A stretch of 64,000 bases of DNA from Squalus acanthias (Eukaryota). The notes below the pieces were generated by a model. The model was not told where the DNA came from and searched no databases. It saw only the letters and a program-made list of their open reading frames with translations. The DNA is taken from the NCBI GenBank assembly GCA_030390025.1, contig JASTWF010000138.1:434001-498000 (forward strand), given 5' to 3'. Positions 24,584-37,498 of the stretch are shown here, piece by piece. Positions within the stretch are counted from its first letter, which is position 1, and every line of letters starts with the position of its first letter. A program made the position numbers and the translations under genes.

Positions 24584-26689
24584 CTTCGTATTCGTAATAA
24601 ATTCGAATAACAAATCCACACAATATGTGTAAAGTTCAGCATATTGCTTCCAAGCTTGTAGCTTTAACAGTAGGACTGCGTGATCTCATAGAACATCGTC
24701 CTTCCGAGTGCGCAGTGCTAGAGTTGGCTGACCCGCCTCCCTCTGGTCACTCGTGGTCACCTCTAGTTCGGCCTGGTCTGTAGCTGTAGTATTTCTTCTT
24801 TCTCCCGCCAGTTCCTTTCTCCCGGGTGGACCGAACTTGCCGTCTGTTCTCAGAAACGTCACTGTTACAATCCCAATGGTTCACTTAAAACATTACCGGC
24901 AACTGGTTGGACAACTCAAACTTTAAGTCTCACTCTTAACAGTGTATTAACTAAGAAACTCCGATTCACAAACTGTTCCTTTCTTTAAACCTCTGAATAC
25001 ATCTCTAGAAATATTTAAACATTTATGAGCGCCTGTCACCTTCTTTCTCCCTCAAAACCTGTCTGCTTTAGGTGTCAAAAATAGTATATCATATAAATTA
25101 ATTTTAAAAGAACGATCCCACTTTCTCGTCTATACCCAAATCTGCCCAACGGAAGTGATCCGTTGTATTGTGAGATACTATTTTGTCAATCGCTAATCAT
25201 ACGTCAAAAATTTATATTGAGCCAGCCTTGCTCATAAGCTGTGAAACTCCTTTGACTTTTTCTCACATAAAGTTAAGGCAACAAGACATTAGATATAAAG
25301 CACTGCTTTCCATTACTTATCCCAGATACTTCCTATCTTGGTCACTCAACATTCCTTCATTAAACCGTGTAAAACTTCTGACGAAAGGTCAGCGACCTGA
25401 AACGTTAACTCTGATTCTCTCTCCACACATGCTGCCTGACCTGCTGTGTATTTCCAGCACTTTCTCTTTGTATTTTTGTAAAACTTGGGTGTGCCCGTTC
25501 TCTGGACTCTAAATGGAACCAGCTGCTACCTGTGAAAATGTCTTTTTTTCTAGCACAACTTTCTGAAGTACCCACGGTTCTTAGTATCAACGCTCTCAAT
25601 TTCCCCAAGGTTCCACGGGACTGCTGCTAATCCCACTTTAGGTCCACTTCCCTATATACCGCTGCTCAATTATTCGGAATTTTGCGTCAATTTCAGCTGC
25701 GAGCCACTAGATGGCAGCGTGTTACTGTAATGAGATTGATAGTTTGCTGTATTGCATTTCCTACCATTTAACATTATGGCAACAATGCTTGACTAAAATA
25801 GAAACAGTGATATTTGTACAGCAAAGATTTCCTCAAGGTAAGTTATTGTGGTGCTCCGTGTCCATTTCCCTGTGCTCTGGGTTGGCCATTTCCCCTTCAG
25901 TTCTATCAGATTAGACGAACACTCCCTTTCCATTTACCTCTGCTCTGGGTTGGCCGTTTCCCCTTCAGTTCTGTCAGATTATACTAACACTCCCTTTCCA
26001 TGTACCTCTGCTCTGGGTTGGCTGTTTCCAGTTCAGTTCGATCAGATTATAGCTGGATGAACAGACAAGTTTTAGCGTAAATCAATTGCAGCGTAAAGAT
26101 ACATAAAAATGCAAACTGTGGGAAGTAACAGCGCTCAGATAGGCGAAGATCCTGTTTGGTAACGATAATACAAAACGCATCAGTGTGACTGACAATACCT
26201 TTGATACTTTACATTACGAAAAATGTTAGAAGTATTTAAAGCTGGGAACAAAAAGCATACTGTAGAGAGAAAAAGACCCCATGAATCAGTGAGTAAATGT
26301 GCCAACTGGTGCTACCAAATGCAGCCAGGAAAGTTCTAGAAGAAGTTGCCGGTCTGTACTGAGTGAGCGATGGAGCGGTTACAGTGGGTGTCAACCCTCC
26401 ATTTCCACGTTAGATCGGGGATCAATCAGCCGGAGATCCTGCTCCCGATCGGTATCTTACTATCACTCTAAGTGTGAATCAGGAGTGAGGAGAAGTTTGG
26501 ACTCGCCTTTGATCAGCTACATGGTCCAATCTCACCATCGAGTCTTGCTGAGGTATCGAATGGGGCTGGCAGAGCCGGAAACTTTTGTAGATAGAATCAG
26601 CAGCTAAAGCAGAGGAAGAAAGGCACATGTGGGACCCAACTGAAGTTCTCAATATGAAGATACAGATATATAAAAAGGACATTGGTGCC

Positions 26690-27585
26690 CATCAAATAAC
26701 AATGGTGATTAGTGTCCATCAAATAACAACGGTCATTGGTGTCCATCAAATAACAATGTTGATTAGTGTCCATCAAATAACAATGGTCATTGGTGTCCAT
26801 CAAATAACAATGGTCATTGGTGTCCATCAAATAACAATGGTCATTGGCGCACATCAAATAACAATGGTCATTGATGTCCATCAAACAACTATGGTCATTG
26901 GTGTCCATCAAATAACAATGGTCATTGGTGTCCATCAAATAACAATGGTCATTGGTGTCCATCAAATAACAATGGTCATTGGCGCCCATCAAATAACAAT
27001 GGTCATTGATGTCCATCAAATAACAATGGTGATCAGTGTCCATCAAATAACAACGGTCATTGGTGACCATCAAATAACAATGTTGATTAGTGTCCATCAA
27101 ATAACAATGGTCATTGGTGTCCATCAAATAACAATGGTCACTGGTGTCCATCAAATAACAGTGGTCATTGGTGTCCATCAAATAACAATGGTCATTGGTG
27201 TCCAGCAAATAACAATGGTCATTGGTGTCCATCAAATAACAATGATCATTGGTGTCCATCAAATAACAATGATCATTGGTGTTCATCAAATAACAATGAT
27301 CATTGGTGTCCATCAAATAACAATGATCATTGGTGTCCATCAAATAACAATGATCATTGGTGTCCATCAATTAACAATGGTCATTGGTGTCCATCAAATA
27401 ACAATGATCATTGGCGTCCATCAAATAACAATGGTCACTGGTGTCCATCAAATAACAATGGTCATTGGTGTCCATCAAATAACAATGATCATTGGCGTCC
27501 ATCAAATAACAATGGTCACTGGTGTCCATCAAATAACAATGGTCATTGGTGTCCCTCAAATAACAATGGCCATTTATGTCCATCA
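26690..27585. repeat. 27-bp minisatellite (about 33 copies)
   Basis: Unit ccatcaaataacaatggtcattggtgt. Confidence 0.95.
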
Positions 27586-27720
27586 ACGCTGGCGCTGGGC
27601 TATAGTTGTGAATTGTGTTCGCGGTTCTAGTTTCTTCACTTTGTTTGGCTGTCCCGCCCTTTCCAATACCGAACCTATCGGTTTCTGGGAGACGCCTAGT
27701 AGAGAAAACTGACAGCCGTG

Positions 27721-27790
27721 ATTTGCATATTGCTCATTTATCCTGTATTGATGTCCACGTAAATGCAAATGCCGCAGTTGAATATAATAA
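27721..27790 (+). promoter_or_regulatory. Paired octamer motifs and AT-rich box upstream of the candidate TCR V1 leader
   Basis: ATTTGCAT at 27721-27728, ATGCAAAT at 27763-27770, TATAATAA at about 27783. Confidence 0.45.
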
Positions 27791-27850
27791 CCTTCTTTTA
27801 TGTGCAGCGTGTACTTCCGTACAGTGTAGTACTTGCACACAGAATAAAAC

Positions 27851-27938
27851 ATGACCACGGCTCATTATTCCCAGTGTGCGTTATGGACCATAACAGTACC
27901 CGTCAAAGCGCTACTTTTCCTCTTAACTGTTCTACCGG
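27851..27938 (+). CDS. Candidate leader exon of TCR V1
   Basis: MTTAHYSQCALWTITVPVKALLFLLTVLP + G|GTAGGT; 88 nt, phase 1, matching the V exon acceptor; hydrophobic core but longer than usual. Confidence 0.5.
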
Positions 27939-28466
27939 GTAGGTATTTCATGAGATTGTAATAGTTCATTTGTTTATTAATGGTAGTTATATTTCTCCTC
28001 TAATGTTTATTGTCTCCACTGTTGACAACACTGCCATATTGACGTACGGTCCTCGGGTTTTGCCCCCCGGTCAGTGAGTGTTCGTAGATTATTCCAAATC
28101 GCCACAACATGGCCGGGCACTGTAAACACGGCAGATTCACGGAGATGCATATTCTCGCGGGAACGGGACCCAGGCTGATTAACCCACTTGTTCCGAGACA
28201 CTGAGACCATTGTACCGTCCACAGCCTGCGATCAGCTAAATGAGGCGCGAAAGCTTTGGACCTTCCCATTCTGTTTCACATTGGCAGTGCGGTTAACAGC
28301 TGAATCAAAGGGGAGATGTGTGTTTGATTGTGTGGTTGTTTGTGTGTATGTGTCTGCGTATGAATGTCTGTTTGTGTGTGTTCTCCAACTATGTGCTTGG
28401 TCTAAAGTAGAAAAACTTTTTATATCTAAATGTTCTATTGATAACCTCCTCTTACTCTGTTTCCAG

Positions 28467-28774
28467 AACCCAGCCGGCAGGATAACCTTTCTCAAGGGCC
28501 TTCACTAGCAACAGTGAGTGAAGGAGATACTGTGCTGTTGCCCTGTAACTACCCCGTCATCTACACAGCCGCTAACCTATTCTGGTATGTACAGTACTCG
28601 GGAACAGGCCTGCAGTATATGCTCGTCAGACACACTGCTGGGAATGAAGAGAACGCACCGGCCTTTACAAAGCGGTTTTCTGCCGTACAGGACAGAATGA
28701 ACAAAAAGATCCCTTTGAACATCACACACACCCAGCTGTCTGACTCCGCCGTGTATTACTGCGCGGCTATGTAG
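28467..28774 (+). CDS. TCR alpha/delta-type V segment 1
   Basis: Acceptor ttccag|; (E)PSRQDNLSQGPSLATVSEGDTVLLPCNYPVIYTAANLFWYVQYSGTGLQYML...RFSA...LNITHTQLSDSAVYYCAAM*; canonical Cys/Trp/Cys. Confidence 0.88.
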
Positions 28775-28813
28775 CACCGCGTTACATGAACCCTTGACAC
28801 TGGTACAAAAACT
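28775..28813 (+). other. 23-RSS of TCR V1
   Basis: CACCGCG + 23 nt + ACAAAAACT. Confidence 0.85.
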
Positions 28814-30987
28814 ACCAGTCCCAGGTCTTGTCAGGTTTGTGAATTCCCCGCTTCTACCATCCCCCACACAGAAAACCGGCACAGTGGGCGGACTCTCCGT
28901 CTACACCTGACTTTAATGATGGAATGTGTTGTTAACTTTGGGACTTCCTGAGATTGTGAAAGGCGCTGTATAAATGCAAATTCTTTCTTCCTTTCTTTTT
29001 ATTTACTCTATAAAAATGCTCTTATAATATTGAATGACCTTTTTTAAATCATCCCGTGATCTTCTCTAAGGAGAACAATTCCAGCCACCCCCAGTCTCTC
29101 CATATAACCGAAGTCCCTCATCCCTGGTATCATATTTTGGTCCGATTTGTTTTATACCGTGTCCTCGCTCCTGTTTAGGAAAATGCTCCCATGATTGATT
29201 TGATGGCCCAGCAGGTTAAGATCATAGTTCCATCTCCAGGTCTGTGCTGGTGGCAGTCGGGTTAATGACTGCGCTTAGCGAATAGTGAAATCACACTATC
29301 ATTGGGCTCTGTCAGTTAACAGTTCAAGTTAAAATAATAGACTTTATACATATTCATCTTCTTCAATAACACAGAAAAGATGCCTCCTGGTGGTTAGGAT
29401 AGCGAATAATAGTCTGTGTTTCTTCAATAAAAGTGACAGCTTGGGTTAGAATAATTTAAATCTTTAACCGTATAAATTAGAATTAGAATTATACATGCAA
29501 TTGACTAGTTGAAGGACATTCGGGTTCTCAGACCGGATCCCTCTACAGACCAGGTGTGAGCTTCCCTACTGCAGACAACACCTCACTCATTTTCTCTCGG
29601 GGAAACGGTCTGCTCAAATATTCCATAATCTCCAGAAGTAACCGTGATGGATACCAGAATATCCATCCATAATCACAGTTCTCAGAGCCGCCACAGACAG
29701 CGCTCCCACATTTAGGGACAATTAGAAGCCCGGGGTTCACAAATAACATCGGACAAGGACTTCCGAGTGACATGTTAACCTTCGTGTGCATAGTTACCTG
29801 AAGATCTTTTGGATCAAAGTGAATGTGGCGCCACTCTTCACCGACTGAGAGGAAAGGGACAAGAAATGGAATTACTTCTGCCATATACCAAACGCACGGT
29901 GGCGCTAATGTGTTTCTTTTTCAAGTGCAAATGGTGACTGCAGCATTTTGCAATCGTTATTCAGTGTTAGCCTCAACCAAAACCTAGAATCTTAGTAACT
30001 GTGCTACGGTTATTCTTTTGAAACGTAACATTGAATTCGATCATATTATGATCGCTGTTGGATGAATGTTCTCTTACTATTAGATTATTGACTAATTCTG
30101 GTCATTACTCCTTACTAAAACTAGCATAGCCTACCCTCTTGTTGGTTGTATAACGTATTGCTCCACAAAACTAACTTGAAAGCACTCAAGAAATTCACTA
30201 CCTTTCTGGCTTGAGCTACTCTGCTCTTCCAAATCTATATGAATATTAAAGTTATACAATTAAAACTATTCTGCTTTTGCTACAAGCCTCACTAATTTCT
30301 GAATTAATGCATTCAGCCAGTTAATCGCTGCTGTCAGGAGGCCTGTAGACAACTCCAATTACAGTTTTACTCCACTTTTATTCCTCATTTCTCACCATAG
30401 AGTCTCACTGATTGCTTTCCCTCACCTACATTCTCTCTTACTTATATTGCAATCGTATTTTTAATCATAAAGGCTAATCGAGGGTCAGCTCCTAATTTGA
30501 GAATCCAGCGAAGTAAAGCAAATCGGTGCGACACCTGCTCTTGTTTTAGGGAGGGAAGTGCAGACTGGCACCGCTTCTGCTTTGTACCTTAGGAGTACCT
30601 GAAGTTTGCAGCGCTGAAGTAGGTCATTTCCCCCTCAAAACTGAAAGAGGCCATTCGGCCCACCATGTTTGTGCCAGGCCTTTGCTGGAGTAATCCAAAT
30701 ATAGTCAAGCTTATCCACACTCTCCATAGTCCTGTATCCTCTCCTCAAAATGCCATCAGCTTTCAGACTTAGAAAAGACATCTACTCCTTTTGACAGAGG
30801 ACTCCATCATTTTAATAACTATATGCATAACCATCTGCAGTTTATGAAGGAGGAAATGTAACGATACAGTGTAACTATGAAGAAAGCTCAACCACGGAGC
30901 GTCTGCACAATAGCACAGCAGGTAATGAGATACTGCTTAGCCACAATATTTAGATGTAACCTTTCGCTTCACAGATTTTACTAAAGA

Positions 30988-31187
30988 NNNNNNNNNNNNN
31001 NNNNNNNNNNNNNNNNNNNNNNNNNNNNNNNNNNNNNNNNNNNNNNNNNNNNNNNNNNNNNNNNNNNNNNNNNNNNNNNNNNNNNNNNNNNNNNNNNNNN
31101 NNNNNNNNNNNNNNNNNNNNNNNNNNNNNNNNNNNNNNNNNNNNNNNNNNNNNNNNNNNNNNNNNNNNNNNNNNNNNNNNNNNNNNN
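30988..31187. other. Assembly gap (200 N)
   Basis: Run of exactly 200 N. Confidence 1.
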
Positions 31188-32959
31188 GCTCACCCTGTGC
31201 TCTGGGACCTGAATATACTTTGGTTGACTATTCTGAACAATGCTGATCAATGTGTGACATTCCCTAATTTAAATGTCTGAACGTCACACATAGATTACCA
31301 TTTCTTTTTCACTTTGGAACCAATTCGCCCCCAGATTCGCGCACTCATGAACTCCTTATCATCACAGTGTCCCTTCCTCATACAAATTACAGGATATTAA
31401 AACCCAAGTCTGAGATCAACCAAACGCCACTTCCTTATTTAGCTCCCTACTGCACTACTTTTTTGGCATTTCTGATGTCCTGCACTACAAGCCTTCTCAT
31501 CGGCTTCTTAACACAAAACTGAATTCAGTTTTCTCAAGCACCAAACAACACTTCCTCCGCATCTGTCTGCTTCTAAAATGCATTTTTTCAGATAGTAGAA
31601 GTTAACATAATTGCCAAGAAGCCAGTGGGGAGACGAGGAGACATTATTTTACTCAGCAAGATGTTATGATCTGGAATGCAGTACCTGAAAGGCAGGTGGA
31701 AGCAGATTCAATAGTACCTTTCCAGCGGGAACTGGATATATTTTTAAAAAGGCAACATTTTCAGGTCTTTGAGGAAAAGCAGGGGGTGGGACTAATTGGA
31801 CAGCTCCTTAGATGAGCCGACACGGGCAGGAGGGGCCGAATGGCCTCCTTATGTGCTGAATGATTCTATGATTCTAAGTCTGGAACTCTCTCCCCCAAAA
31901 AGCTTTTGAGGCTAGGTCAACTGAAAATTAAAAAACAGATGGATAGATGTTTGTTAGGCAAGGCTATTAAGGGATGTGGAACGAAGGCGGGTAAATGGAG
32001 TTAAGATAGAGATCAGCCATGATCTAACTGAATGGCGGAACAGGCTCGTGGGGCTGAATGGTCTACTCCTGTTCCTATGTTCCTTTTCCCAGTGCTTGAG
32101 TGATCAACTGTTCAATATGAATAATTGTCACCCAAAACCATCGTAAATTAGAACGGCTCATACACTTTCTGCAGCAGGTTAAGTTCCTTCGTGTTGGTTA
32201 AAACACATGATACTTGTGAGCGCAACATTATTCTGCAGTGAATCAAACAAATCTCCGAAATGTAACCAGAGAAGAACGCTTTTTCGATCTCAGCCACCTG
32301 AGACATTACAAGCTGTAAACTGGAAGTATTTACTCCCGTCCTATTCCCTCTGTCCTACAATATTTTCTATTTTGTTTCTTTTAACGCATCCTTAACATTG
32401 TGATTGACTCGCCCTCTATGGTCACTTGTGGTAATTTATTCCACATTCTAAGATAATATTATACATTACTATCATCATTCCGACACTAAGCCTAATGCTA
32501 TGTTCCCTTGTTACTGGTCACCCAAGAAGTTCAGAAATGTATAGTAATGGTTTGCTTAAGAGACGACCATTGCTCTATGTACCCTTTGCATCACAAATGT
32601 CTCCTGACCTTCCTTGTGGTGATTCTAGATCTACCAGCTCTGTATCTCCTTTAGTGACATGAAATCTTCCCCTTCTTATAAACATTATCATGGCTTTCTG
32701 CTTCATCCCGCCGCTGGCAACATGTCCATAATAAGTTCCTTAAATTTAACAATGTTATTAAACGTTCACACTTTCCTTCCACACCCTTAACATTAATTCT
32801 TGTCCACTAGTCATCGAACCCTGCGACACCCTGAATCAAAATTCTCCACAGTGATAGCTTTCACTATTTAGCCTCTAATAGTTATTCTTAATATCGAGCA
32901 CTAGATTTAGCTATCTGTGTTCCGGTAAACGCAGCTCTAGCTTTTCACATTTCTCACAA

Positions 32960-35920
32960 TTTCGGAACAATGGGTGATCTTTAAGGAGGAGATGTTCCAA
33001 GTACAGGCTAAGGTACATTTCAACAAGAGGGAAGGTAAGTGAATCAAAACAAGGGCGCCTTGGATGACGAGGGAGGTAGAGAGATTGATGAAACAAACAA
33101 AGAGAGTGTATGATGCATGTCAGGTGAATTCTCCATGGGAGAACCAGACCAAATACAATAAGTTGAGAGGGGAAGTGAAGATGAAAATGAAGATTGGCAA
33201 AGAGAGAATATGAGAGTAGAATGACGGTTAAGAGGCTTCAAGGGGATCTCGACAGGCTCAGTGAGTGGGCGAGAACATGGCAGTTGGAATATAAGGTGGA
33301 TAAATGTGAAGTTATCCACTTTGGTAGAAAAACAGAAAGGCAGAGTATTTCCTAAATGGTGAAAGATTGGGGAATGCAGATGCTCAAAGGGCCCTGCGTG
33401 TCCTTGCACATGAGTCACTGAAAGTGAATGCGCAGGTGCAGCAAGTCATTAGGAAGGCAAATGTTATGCTGGCCTTCATTACAAGAGGATTTGAGTACAG
33501 GAGTAATGAAGTCTTACTCCAATTATTTGGGCATTGGTGAGACCTCACCTGGAGTACTGTGTACAATTTTGGTCTCCTTACCTAAGGAAGGATATAGTTG
33601 CCATAGAGGGAATGCAACGAAGGTTCACAAGATTGATTCCTGGGATGGCGGGACTGTCGTATGAGAAGAGATTGAGTAAACTAGGCCTGTATTCTCTTGA
33701 ATTCAGAAGAATGAGATGGGGATCTCATTGAAGCATACAAAATTATTACAGGGCTTGATAGGATGGATGCTGGGAGAATGTTTCCCTTGGCTGGGGAGCC
33801 TAGAACCAGAGGCCACAGTCTCAAGATAAATGGTAGGCCATTCAGGACTGAGATGAGAAGAAATTTCTTCACACAGAGGGTGGTGAATCTTTGGAATTCT
33901 GTACCCCAGAAGGCTGTGGAGGCTCAGTCATTGGGTATATTCAAAACAGAAGTCGATAGATTTCTGACTAGTAAGGGTATCAAGGATATGGCGCTGGGGC
34001 CGGTGAATGGAGTTGAGGCAGAAGATCAGCCATGATCTCATTGAATGGCGGAGCAGGCTCGAAGGGCCGAATGGCCTACTCCTGCTCCTATTTCTTATGT
34101 TCTTATGTTAACATAAAAGGGAACCCAAAAATCCTCTACCGGTATGTAAACAGTAAGCGGGTAGTAAGAGGCGGTGTGGGGCCTATTAGCGACAAAAAAG
34201 GTGATATATGCTTAGAGGCGCAGGGCAAGGTTAGAATACTCAATGAGTACTTTGTATCGGTGTTTACTAAGGATGTGGATGCTGACAAAATATCGGTAGC
34301 AGTGGAAAAGGTAGAAGCAATGGAAGGGGAGTAAATTGATAGACAGGATATATTAGAAAGGCTTAAAGTGGATAAGTCACCTGGTCCAGATGGCTTGCAT
34401 CCCAGGTTGCTAAGGGAATTGGGGGAGGAGATAGCGGAAGGGCTTGCCATAATTTTCCAATGTTCCCTAGATGCAGGGGAGGTGCCTGAGGATTATAAAG
34501 TGGCAAATGTGACACCGTTGTTCAAGAAAGGGTGTAAGGACAATCCTAGTAACTACAGGCCGGTCAGTTTAACATCAGTGGTGGGTAAAGTTTTAGAAAC
34601 AATAATCAAGAAAAAAATTAACGGGCACTTGGAGAGGGTTAAGTTAATTAAGGAGACCCAACACGGATTTGTAAAAGGCAGATCATGTTTGACTAATCGA
34701 ATTGATTTTTTTTGATGAACTAACAGGGAGGATCGATGAAGGGAATTTTAGGAAGGCGTTTGACAAAGTACCACATAGAATGTTGGTTAACAAAATTGAG
34801 GCTCATGGAATAGGTGGGTCAGAGGCAGCTTGGATAAGGAATTGGCTTAAGGACAGAAAACAGCGAGTTGTGGTAAATGGCTGTTTTTCAGACTGGAGGA
34901 TGGTAGACAGTGGTGTTCCCCAAGGGTCATTGCTGGGGCCACTGCTTTTTTTTAACATATATATATAAATTACCTGGATTTTTGAATACAAAGTAGAATT
35001 TCTAAATTTGCCGATGACACCAAACTTGGGGGTGTGGCAAATAGTGAGGATGACACTAATCGACTGCAACAGGACATAGAAAGGCTAGCAGAATGGGCAG
35101 ACAAGTGGCACATGGAATTTAATATAGAGAAGTGTAAGGTGCTGCATTTTGGCAGAAGGAACAGGGAGAGGCAATATATACTTAATGGCACAGTTTTAAG
35201 GTGTGTGCAGGGACACAGGGAGCTGGGAGTTAATGTGCATAGATCCCTGAAGGTGGCGCGACATATTGAGAGAGTGGTTAGCAAAGCATATGGGATGTTG
35301 GGTTTCAGAAATAGAGGTATTGAGTACAAAAGTAGAGAAGTTATGCTGAACATTTATAAAGTGCTGGTTAGGCCACAACTGGAGTATTGCGTCCAGTTCT
35401 GGTCACCACACATTAGGAAGGATGTGAAGGCACTTGAGAGGGTGCAGAGGAGATTTACCAGAATGGTTCCGGGGATGGGGGATCTTAGCTACAAGGACAC
35501 TTTGGAGAAGCTGGATTTGTTTTAATTGGAGCAAAGGAGGTTGAGGGGTGATTTGATAGAGGTGTGCAAGATTATGACGGGTTTGGATAGGCTAGACGGG
35601 GAAAGGCTGTTACCACTAGTTGATGGTACAAGGACTAGGGGGACACAGATTTAAGTTTTTGGACAAGAGATACAGGGGGGATGTGAGGGAAAACTTTTTT
35701 ACGCAGCGAGTGGTGAGGACCTGGAACTCGCTGCTGACGGAAGTGGTGGAAGCGGAGACACTCAATGTTTTCAAGGGGAGACGGGATAGTCACTTGAGGG
35801 AATAAACTTGCAGGGCTACGGGGATAGAGCGGGGGAATGGGACTGACTGGATTGCTCTACAGAGAGCCGGCACGGACTCGATGGGCCGAATGGCCTCCTT
35901 CTGTGCCGTTATGACTCTAT
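32960..35920 (+). mobile_element. Nested CR1 LINE fragments
   Basis: KSPGPDGLHPRLLREL, NYRPVSLTS, KAFDKVPH, PQGSLLGP; a second CR1 3' end (about 33225-34108) sits inside. Confidence 0.9.
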
Positions 35921-37022
35921 CTCTATGAGTCATCAGAACTCTGTCGCTTGCCTGGTTCAATCTTAATGATTCTACTTTACGTTCTTTCCGTGGTTTCAAT
36001 ATTCTCTTTATAATTAGGTCACCAAAAATTAGCTCTGTGCTTGAAATGTGGCGTCAGCAGTGTTGTGCAGTTTCTGGGTCATCTATTACGCATAATCGTT
36101 AGCATCATCATCAGCCTAGAATTGCTCTGTTCTCCATTGAGTCCCATTTCTCTCTCGAGTCAGTTGGAGATCAGAAGCTGCCGTTGGAACCGGAAGTGCA
36201 CCTGTATCGTGCTGACGCACCTTAGACCGCAACTGTCACCCCAGGTTGCAGCAGCAGTAAGCTCGACAGCACTAAATGGTTTCAACATAACCTCAACGGT
36301 TAAAAACATGTTAACAGTGTATGTTTGCTCAGCGAAACTTTATCACGTTGAAAGGGGCGTTTCATTCATTGTGGAAATAATTTTGCAGGTAAATGCAACA
36401 GAGATACAAAATCCGTCCTCATCAGCAGGTGGCAAATTGAAAATGTGACACAATTATCTACAGGGGAAACCCCGTTATTTAGATATCCCTTGTTTAATTT
36501 GTCGTGAATTTCATCCAGGACCCTAAAAATCCCGGTGCCTCGCATGGACCTAACACCAAGAAGGAAAGGTTCAATATTTACACAAATATTTCCTCCAAGT
36601 TATTACTTTCTGCAACATTTGATACAGAATAATGTAATGAACTTTAATGTTCAAATTTTAAATAAGCTGATTTAAAATTCATATTTTGGAGCGGTGTTCG
36701 CGATGTCAGCAAGTTCACACTCACACACGGAGAGCGAACTACGATATTGTAAATTGATGCCTTGGAACCATTCGCTCTTTCCCTCTGAATAAAATGCTTG
36801 TCCTGTTTGGACTATGAGTGGTTGCGGTTTGTGCGGTTGGAATATTTACTTTGTCATTGGCTGGAGACTGCCGGCCGTGCTTTAACCCAAAGACTGAACC
36901 TCACGGCACATCCGCGGGGACACTGGAGCGGGACAACCGACCCTCAGTGCGGGTTGTTTCAGCGTCCAAATCGTAGCAGTTTCCAGAGGTTACAAAGTTA
37001 ATAAACACAGGGCGGAGCAGCA

Positions 37023-37068
37023 ATGCGGTTAATCGCTATCTGTGCTGTGTTTGGAGCACTTATTACAG
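37023..37068 (+). CDS. Leader exon of TCR V2
   Basis: MRLIAICAVFGALIT + G|GTAATT; 46 nt; 84-nt intron to the V exon. Confidence 0.9.
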
Positions 37069-37152
37069 GTAATTATTCTGGGTCGCGATTTTGGGTCAAA
37101 TGTGAATTTAAAAATGGTTTAGGTTTTTGACGTTGGTTTGCATTTAATTCAG

Positions 37153-37459
37153 GTCTGAGCCAGGAAATCTCTGTCAGACAGCGGCTTCCCACAGTGAGGA
37201 GGACAGAAGGAAGCATTGTAACTTTAGACTGTGTCTATTTCACCACCAAGAGTTCCTACAGCTTACTGTGGTCCCGTCAATACCCCGGCAGAGAACCGGA
37301 GCTTCTTGTTCGCAGGTTTTCAGGCGGTTACCAAATTAAAGCGGACTTTGCTCGCAGCCGTTTCTCCTCTGCGCTGGACGCCTCGAATGCCGCCTTCACC
37401 TTAACCGTCTCCAAACTGCGGCCTGCTGACTCCGCCACGTATTACTGCGCGCTGACTCT
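37153..37459 (+). CDS. TCR alpha/delta-type V segment 2
   Basis: (G)LSQEISVRQRLPTVRRTEGSIVTLDCVYFTTKSSYSLLWSRQYPGREPELL...DFARSRFSSALD...FTLTVSKLRPADSATYYCALT; open frame; WSRQ in place of WYRQ. Confidence 0.92.
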
Positions 37460-37498
37460 CACAGCGGTGGGAACCAGTTAGGCCCTCGTACAAAAACT
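37460..37498 (+). other. 23-RSS of TCR V2
   Basis: CACAGCG + 23 nt + ACAAAAACT. Confidence 0.92.

Noticed and set aside
24805-24890. Acceptor followed by PFSRVDRT, resembling a VNAR N-terminus
   Set aside because: The similarity stops after a few residues and there is no downstream framework.
26597-27712. Long ORFs (257 and 361 aa) of MDTNDHCYL / HQITMVIGV repeats
   Set aside because: Translations of a 27-bp minisatellite, open because the unit is a multiple of 3. There are no unique spacers, so it is not CRISPR-like either.
28150-28185. J-like string ILAGTGPRLIN
   Set aside because: Lacks the F/W of FGxG, an upstream RSS and a splice donor.
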